A DNA stretch of 62,181 bases, counting the filler, from Sluysia triapertura (Eukaryota): assembly GCA_046118255.1 (NCBI GenBank). It is 5 parts of 5 records of this genome, joined end to end, with 100 filler letters (N's around TTAATTAATTAA, not from the genome) between each part and the next. Parts side by side here need not be neighbours in the genome. Positions count along the whole stretch, not along the records: positions 50,721 to 62,181 come from JBJNIA010184502.1; 4 more parts are not named here. One strand, written 5' to 3'. Below, piece after piece: positions 53,181-62,181 of this stretch. The notes beneath the pieces were generated by a model. That model was given only the letters and a program-made list of their open reading frames with translations. It did not search any database and was not told where the DNA came from. Position numbers and translations under genes: made by a program. Every line of letters begins with the position of its first letter. Position 1 is the stretch's first letter.

Positions 53181-55029
53181 GAAATAATGAAATTTAAGGA
53201 AATTAATAAAATTATGAAATTATTAATTAGAATTTTACGCTAATAAAATTTTTAGTAGCTATAAATTTTTATCAAAGCTATTCACAAAATTTTAATGCCA
53301 TTTGCTGTTATAAATAAAAACCGAAAAAAATGTAGACATTTAACAATCTAATATTGAAAGTAGAGATAATTCGACAAACCTTTCTTGATAATCAAAATAA
53401 CTAACAAGTAGTCAATATATAATTTGATATTTTTCATAATGTGATTCGAAGCAACTAGAAATAATTCAACAAACCATGGAGAAATCATGGTGTAAAAAGC
53501 GTGAATATACAATTTACTCAAATTCTGAACAAAATAGGTTATTGATAAAATCCATACGAAAAAGTTATTATTCTAATAATAATTTTAATAAATTATATAT
53601 CAGAATCCCAAGTAATCTTGCTGTAATTCTATAAGTATGGAATTAAATTTTAAACTCGCCTAAAGATTGAATTTTAAACTCTAAAGAATCTCAGAGTCAA
53701 AATTGATATTATAATTTCATTCTGCAGCACAATTTTAACATTATCGTAATCACTTGCATAACGAAATAGCGGTTCTCATAAACCTAGGATCGTAGGCGAA
53801 CTCATAATATAAATCTTATTTATTGATCATGGTAAGTTGAACACTAAGAGAAATCCCGACAGATTTTAATTAGGATTCTTTCGTAAAATAGGATTTGAAA
53901 TATAGAGAGTTTACTGACGATACATAATCGGTTTAACAAATTACAATGATTTTAGCAATTAAATTATTTTTTAAACAAAAAATATTTTATATAACGCAGT
54001 ATAACAATTACTTAATCTGCTTATCAGCAAAGTTATTGAAAATTTTACTTATCCAAATTAAAAGGATGTTTCAAGTTAATGTTTTTATGACTTAATCGTA
54101 AAATTGGCTTTATACAATTATATTTTCTAAAATTTACAATTATATAATTCAATACAAATAAATCAAAAAATTAATGAAAAATGGTGGTTACATACAAAAA
54201 ATATAAAATTTATTATATAATTCAAAATCAAATTATATAATATATTTAATTAAATCAAAAATTTAATTAAAATATTTTCTACACAATAATGTTTATACAC
54301 TAAGTTAATAAATATATAAAAGTTTACCAGATTATTAATAATCAAAAGTTAAAAAGATTAAATTAAATTAATTTAAATTAAAAAGTTAAATTATTATAGA
54401 ACAATTAAAAGTTCTCTTAAAATTAACAACTAAAATTTAAGTGGAAAAATTACTGCACAAATTAAAAAATGAATAACATAATATCACACTAATGGTTAAT
54501 TAAAATCTATACTCTGTAAATTATAATCAAGGATTTCTGGAACCAGTGAAAAATCACTCAATTTGTAAATTTATAACTGAATATAAAACTTATAAGTTTG
54601 TCTATTTAAAAGTAAAATTTCGATCAATATTCATACTAATATGGTGACCTTAAATTAATTTTACTGGTAAAGGTCTTTAATGTTTAAAATATTCAAATAT
54701 TATAATTTTATTATTATTGATTTTTTATTAATTAAAACTAATTAACGTTTTTTGTTATTTAATTAACCATTAAAGTATAATCTAATATTAAAATATAAGT
54801 ACATAAAATTAATATAAAATTGAAATACAAAAACATATACAAAACATAATCTACAACCTAAATCTAATTTTTTCATCAACTTTTTTCTGACAGTAAGTAA
54901 GGATATCTTTGACAATTTTCTTTGAGGAAAATTTACGAGATTAAATTAAATTTGTAGGTTAAAATAGTTATACAAATATGTAATATGCCCAAATAGTAGG
55001 GATAGATTACAAAGAAAATAAAAGAATAC

Positions 55030-55560
55030 TTAGAAACCGAAATAGGTGGAACTCATTAGAAGATATTAGGATGTCAAAACTCATGAATGAATTCAGAGAT
55101 TTCATGTCGCAATTTGCTTATACTATTAAGTCTAATGTAACTTTTCCAGAAATGCATAAGTTTAGTGAAGCTGAAGAAAAACTTTGCGATTTCTTGTTCG
55201 AATATGACAGCATAGCAGAAGTAAACAAGTGGAGTGAAATTGAAAAAGTTAAGTGAATACAAAACTATCTGACAGGTATAGCTATTCAAACCTATGAGGA
55301 AATAGATATTTCAAAAAATCAAAACTTGCACACTTTCGTGGACTCATATTCTGAAAAATTTACTTTAGATAACATTGGGAAATTTTATGCAAAACCGTTA
55401 GTAACTGTGTACGAATTTGCTTGCGCACTAAAGAGTCTTGTAGAAAGAGCAAAAATTCCAACTTTTAAAAAAATAACTTTAATAGATCAATTTAATCGTT
55501 GACTTCGTCCCGAATTGAGAATTTATGTCAGTAATTTAAGGAAACAGTCAGTAAATTAAG
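55030..55560 (+). mobile_element. Ty3/gypsy gag relic
   Basis: PEMHKFSEAEEKLCDFLFEYDSIAEVNKWSEIEKVK*IQNYLTGIAIQTY, then VYEFACALKSLVERA and DQFNR*LRPELR: retrotransposon gag pattern. Confidence 0.75.
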
Positions 55561-57111
55561 AGGCATCGAGAGATCTCGAGCCGTAAAGAAGGACAATATA
55601 AGTTATATAATTATGAGAATTTTGGTTTAACTTTACTTTATATAAGTATAAATGTAATTAGGTAAAATATATTTTGTAATTTTAATCTTATGTAAATCTG
55701 TAATTTTATATAATTTTAAAATATAATAATATAATTTTTTCATATTCATATAATTAGGTAAAATGTATGTAGTTATAAAAATATTTAGAAAGAAGTTGTT
55801 ATATATTTTGTTATTTATTAATTTGTTGATATTATTTAAAATTATTAATATTATTATTAAAAAAGTATTTATGTTATTATTATTGTATCATTATAATTAT
55901 TTATTAATTATTAAATATTATTATTATAAAATTATAAAATTTCATTTATTAGAAATTTATCATCATTCGTAATATTTAACATCATAAAATGTTAACAGTT
56001 AATAATGAGTAGTATCATGAATTAGAATTTTAATTGTCAATGACCTCACACAGCAAAAAATATAAAAACTAAATAGTCATCATTAGTAAATCATAAATGA
56101 GTATCACAAACGATTCATTGTTTAAATTTTGATCTAACAATAATTATATGTTCAGTTCAAGAAATTTAATTTATTTAACTTTTGAGAAATCGTCAGACAT
56201 TAATCACTTCAAGAAAATTGATCTGTTTACTAAGTATATTTTTGAATAATTCAATTAGTTAAAGAGAAAAAACAATAATCGTTAGTATTTAAAAGTTAAG
56301 TTTGATTTAACATTTTATTAACTTAATACGAAAAAATATGATAATATTACAGTTAAATTTAAGTTGACAGTTGACTTTATTAAAGACAGTTACGAAAATA
56401 TTATTGTTAAATAATATTATTAAAATAAATACTATCTCAATTTCAGTTATTATTTAAATTTGGATTATTTATTTGGATTACTACAGTTTAAGTAAATAAT
56501 CATTGTTACATAAATTTTGTTTTAATTATTAAGTCCGATTTTGTCAATATTTTTATTGATATTTTATAAAATTTTTACAAATCTACATAAATATTGATTA
56601 CATTTAACATACGTAAGCTGCACTACTATTTTATAAAATTATTTACCTGTATACGTATTAATTTTGTGTAATATAAATTAACGAATTTTCTTATTTTTAA
56701 AAATAGTTGCTCAGTAGTAGTAGGATTCTTCCGTCACGAAAATAAATTTAAATAACACAGTTACAAATATTTAAAAATATATTTGGCATAATAAAAAATT
56801 GTTGATCATAATTTTTATAATAATTCTAATTTTTATAATCTTTTTAGATCCAATATAAAATAATATATTAATTAATCTCGCTAAACTTAGCGGAACATTA
56901 ATCAAAAGCTGTCCAAAGTCATTTTCTTTAACCTCCAGTACTTTGAATTTTCTTTTAACGCTGATATCTATGCATCGGCCCTTAAGTGCGTAAGCCCGGT
57001 ATAAAGGGAACTCACGAATATAAATACATAAATAAAAATACATTAAAAATTTTATATTAATTTCCAAGCCAAAACCCATAAATTCTCACAATATTATACG
57101 TATTAATGTGT

Positions 57112-57680
57112 TTATGTGAGTCCTTTATGATAATGGGCTTTGACACTTAAAGACCACTTCATAGATGTCAGCCTAAAAGATAAGTTCTTCTCGGCGCCAT
57201 TAAACTTGCGCATTTCTGGAAGTATTACTATTGGCTTAATATTCTGAGTCAGTTGAGTCATACACTCCTTAAATTTTTCATATGGTACTGCCATTGTAAA
57301 TATTTCAAGTGAGTTACTTCTTAGAGTTATCTTATATTTCTTCTTAGGATTATTATTAATAATCCTAATAATAAGCACTTATTAACTTAGCTTAATAAAC
57401 TTATAACCATAAACTTAACCTTAGATTCAACTTAATAATCAACTTAAACTTATAAACTTCAAAGTATACTTTTAATCAAAAACTTAAATTCACAATCAAA
57501 AGTAAACGTGAAGATCAAATGATCAAATCTTAATAAACTTTATTCAACTTAACAATATCAATCGACAAATATAATTTGAAATTCGAATTAACTTTAATAA
57601 ACTTGAACTTATCAAATAATGCTTAATTTAATAGACTTATAATATGCTTTGAGTTGTCCAAATTCTGGAGCCAAAATTTG
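57112..57680 (-). mobile_element. Second gypsy gag 5' relic with leader
   Basis: KFKECMTQLTQNIKPIVILPEMRKFNGAE parallels EFRDFMSQFAYTIKSNVTFPEMHKFSEAE at 55071; a possible PBS start TGGCTCC lies at ~57673. Confidence 0.6.
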
Positions 57681-59079
57681 CAAATGTTTCTTAAAAAAAC
57701 TTACTCTTAACTTCACATTATCAGAGAAATCGGTCCACCTAATATATATTGTTTATACCACTATTGGAGACGCATTATTAGGATTTAGTATGCTTGCTTA
57801 AAAGTATTTAGACTTCACTTATAACTCTTGTTAAATCAAATAATCAATTAAATTGAATTAGTTTATATTTTATAATTACGCAACCCGTATTAAGGTGTTG
57901 CTTTCTTCAAAATAAATGTAAATTTTGCAACCTTTTTTATGGTGTTGCTTCGAGAAATATAGAGTTTAAACATAATTATTAAAAACGAACCTAAACTGAA
58001 ACCTTTTTTATTACACAAATAGTCAATAAACTTACACTAATCAATGAACTTGCAATAGTTGATAAAAAATATAATAATAATAAATTTAACAGAGTAATTC
58101 AACCTCAGTTGATTACGGTTGATTTTAATGAAAGTTACGCAACTCTTATTAAGATGTTGCATTAAAAAAGAAATGAATTTAAGTTGATTTTAGGATTCCA
58201 TTGGAGGTAAATCGGACCTTATCAAAAAATTAAATTAATTGTGCATGGACTGATTTACAATTTTCAATTTTGTCTTCTTGGATTAAATTCTTGTTTTTTA
58301 AATTTAAACTCTTGATCTAAAAAAATTGTGTTAAAAATATATTTCTTACTTCTATTTATATCGATCCAATTAAATTTAGCAAAACAAAATATTTTAATAA
58401 ATTCGAAAAAATATGTTTATTTTTTATTTAATATAAAATTTTATTTGATATTAATATTAATTTTAATATTTTCTCATAAAATTTTAATATTTTAAATTTT
58501 CTATGATAATATTTAAATTAATTATTTTTATAATAAAAGTAATATTTTAATATTTTTTTAAATAAAAATAATATTTTACAATTTTACAATTATAATACAT
58601 AACAAATATATATATATATATATACTAAATACTAAACATAGTTAACTTGTGTGTAATAATATAAATATAGTAGTAAATACCAAATTGATTTGTGTGTAAA
58701 TACTAAACAGTAATTAAAATAAATATTGATTTGTATAAATATAGTAACATAGTTAAGAAATTATGTAAATTTAAATCAATAATTATATTATTTAATTGGA
58801 ATAATGTGTGTTAATATTTAATTATATTATTTGCTTGGAAATTATTATTTACTTGGAACCATTTCATTTAATAAAGGTAAGAAATTATTTTTGTATAATT
58901 TTAAAATTAATTATTTTAAAACAAACTCTGATTATTTTTGTGTATTAATTTTTGTAAGAGTAACTATATTTTATTTATTTAAATTGTTAACTATATTTTA
59001 TTTGTTTAAATTCTTATGCAAGGTCGTTTAATTTTATATATAAATACTTAGCATTTTTACCACTTAAACATAACGTTTG

Positions 59080-59800
59080 ACAATTCTTTTGTCAAATAAA
59101 TCATTCACGCAGAATTCTCGTTTCTTGTAACAAAAGAACAGGCTATCTGAGATTATTGAAAAATCTTCACATAACGATCCTTAACGTGGATTTTCATTCG
59201 TTTTGAAATTATTGAAATTTCATCGTTAGTTTTTTATGTTTAAGTTTTTTCGCAACTTTTAATGTTGCATCTTTAAAATCAACTTAAATTTTCTATTTAA
59301 TTTTCCAATAGCTATCTTTTATTGATAGCTCATTAAAATAATTATTTAAACTAACCACTGTAGAGATTATTCAAGGAATAATCCTGTAAAAATTATATCT
59401 ATTATATAATATTGTTTTATTGATTGTATTCATTTTTTTCGTTTGTTATTAATAAACATATTATTTTATGATTATTTTTAATTCATTTTAAAATCTGCAC
59501 AAAGAATAGGTTCGGTGTAAGAACCTTATTAAAATCTTAATAGTAAATTTAAAGGTTCAATTTAAGAACCAAATTAAAATCATCTCTGGTTCAAAGTAAG
59601 AACCATATTAAAATCTCGTTAAACTAAAGTATAAAGTTCAAATCCTCCTTAAAAGATTAGTGATATTATAATTAAACCACTTCCACGAATTCTTACATAA
59701 AAAATCCAACGGTTGGCCATATAAGTAAGTCCAATACGTTGGTGGACTCAGTTTTAAGATTATTTTTATTCTCTGCATACTTTACGTCACATTTTCTTAC
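59080..59800 (+). repeat. Dispersed repeat family C with hairpin cluster (copy 2)
   Basis: Colinear with 18350-19000. Confidence 0.85.
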
Positions 59801-60669
59801 ATAAATATATACTCCAACTAAATAGGTCAAAGTCTCTATGATAAAATATTCCAATATCTACAAAATTTAACTATTATAGGAAACTATTCAACATTTAAAA
59901 ATTTATTTTAAATAGATCAATAAAATATTCTAATTAAAATCAATATTTATTTATTAAAAAATTAAAGTAATATGTTACCAAAAGCATGGATCTTCATGTT
60001 TGTAATCAGCGGTGAATAAAAACGCCTAAGTGTTCTAATTTATACCTTTTTCATCATCCAATAATTTATACATTCGCAATCAGGAATTACTCTTATACAA
60101 ATCATCAGAACCTCTTTTAAAGATTAAACCAAATAAAACGACTTTGACACTTACGACCTATCAAGAAAAACAATACAATTCGATTAACAATCAATTCTCA
60201 TTTTTTTCTTCTACTTAACTCGATCTAGTTTTTCATGAATCATTTCTTACATTAAAATAACAATTATTATTATTGACACACTCAAAAATAATGAATTTAA
60301 TTTTAGTTTTTACATTTTATTTAATTTTCAATTCATCACACTCAATTTTGTAATGGAAAATGTTTAAGGTTCTCATTCAAAAACTACCCATTTCACAAAC
60401 ATCTCAACCTCATTTTTGGATTCTCCTATTTCATAGCAATCACTCCATACCCAACTCATCATCTCTTCATCATTCTAAATATGAAAATTTTATCATTTTA
60501 AATTAAAAGTTAATTAAAATTCGACTTTATTCAATATAGAGGCTTTCCTCGCATGAACTCGGTCAAACCTTATCTTCATCGAAAGGTCTCTTTAAGACAA
60601 ATACATGCACAATCACAGTTTTAACATAGCATTCTTCATGCGAAAGTTATTCACGCAAACGTAATTGTT

Positions 60670-60975
60670 CTTAATTTAGTTAATTAAGATTTTAATTAAT
60701 TATTTATTTATTTTAACTTATTTTATTCTAAGTTTAAAGGTTTTAATGTGGTTTATAAACTATTAACTCCTTTATAAGGTACTCAGGAGGCTCTAGACAC
60801 TTTCACCTTCACCACTCTGATTCCTTTTTCCATTTTTTTAATTTCAATTATCAATGAATTAAATTTGTTATATTATCATAATTATTATCATAATATTATC
60901 ATATTTCAGATATTTTATAAAATTCCCTTACTTCTTAATCCATTCTCTATACACCAACTGGACAATCCCACCACA
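60670..60975 (-). repeat. Dispersed LTR-like repeat, family B (copy 2)
   Basis: Matches 11860-12450; the minus strand begins TGTGGTGGGATTGTCC at ~60975. Confidence 0.7.
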
Positions 60976-62181
60976 TGAACAAAAAGAAATACAAGAAGAC
61001 AATAAAATTATAAATTGAAATGAGTAGAACTTACATTTGACAAATATAAAGGCTTACATAACTTAAGTAAAATATCAAAATGCATGATTTTTAGAATATT
61101 AACTAAATTATGGAAAGTAGTCTAAATCACAATGAGTTATTTAGCTTTCAGCATAATTTATTACTTGAAAGTTTCGAAAGAAAACGTATTCTTGAATATC
61201 TAGCGATGACGATTTGGAAAGTATATGATATTTTATTGAAGCTAATTATAATTAATGATAAAAATGTAAACTTCTGCGGAAAATAGAAACTGCAATATCG
61301 TATTACATAAAATTGTCAAATAATTTAAGCCCACTTAGTAAAATCAAGATAAAATTTGATTAATTTTTTATTTACTATTCCTAAATTTATTTTATGGTAC
61401 GAATATTTGCATTACAGAGAAAGAAAATAGAAGTTTCTCAAAATATTATTAGAAAGGACTAAAGAGTATTTATATCAAGTAATTAAAAATTTATTGGAAG
61501 CGGTTAGTTTTATTTATTCAACCAAAAGAAGTGAAAATCTATAAACAAACGAAAACAAGTAGTACTACATTTAATGATAAAATGAATGATGTAAATTTTA
61601 TCGTAATTTCTCTCAAGTAATACAAAATGCAGCTTTCGAAATATTGAAGCAGCATCAGAAACATATTACCTTGATCTTATAATATAAGTTGTGCACTGCT
61701 TTATAATGAAATTTAATTTATTTTCTTAACTGTACAAATGTGTTATCTGTTAGGGTTCACCTACAATCTACGATTTATGGCGACGTATCCGTAAGGTTTT
61801 TATGCAAATTTTAATTTGAAGGTCTTTATGTAATATATTGAATCGTGAGTCGTTCAATCATATTCTTGTTCAAAGATTTAATTCATATTATCCTTGATTC
61901 TTATAGAACTCTATAAGTTTTAGTTCTAATTATGTTTAAATGTAATTCTCTTTAGATTTCCAAAAATTATAATTATTAGTTGTATAGTTTATATCTAGTA
62001 TTAAATTTTGTTAGATTTTTATCAATTTTACTAATTCAATTAAGACTTTAATCACTTTTCTTTAAATTTCTTATTTTAATCGTTCGCCATTTAGTCTGAT
62101 TCTATTTAACTTTAACTTTTAAAATAAAAACCCAAGATAGGGACACTAAACTTTATTATACATAATTCTAGGACTAGAATG

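Overview
Very AT-rich metazoan genomic DNA, possibly a flatworm such as a planarian (inferred from composition, (AAT)n tracts and TE types only). The window is not contiguous: it is five scaffolds joined by artificial 100-nt N-TTAATTAATTAA-N linkers, so adjacency across linkers carries no biological meaning. Two partial host genes are visible: a spliced DAB2IP/SynGAP/RASAL2-type C2-RasGAP (minus strand, ~39.7-48.1 kb) and a spliced I-set Ig-domain gene (plus strand, ~29.1-30.1 kb). The rest is mostly decayed mobile DNA: an R2-superfamily (NeSL/Utopia-like) retroelement with two Ulp1-like protease domains, L2-type LINE 3' ends, a tRNA-derived SINE, mariner/Tc1/Tc3 relics, gypsy gag relics and LTR-like repeats. 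The main finding is a recurring element architecture: a TGT(A/G)GTGG(C/T)CAAC terminus, a CA-rich tract, a CCAAT/TGACAG promoter block, then an intronless cargo gene. Several cargos resemble the Unkempt CCCH zinc-finger cluster. A related cassette at 8.2-9.7 kb joins the N-terminal EED-binding/regulatory half of E(z)/EZH2 (no SET domain) to such a finger, making it a candidate transposon-borne PRC2 modulator. All copies here are pseudogenised. Homology calls come from manual translation and remembered motifs, not database searches.
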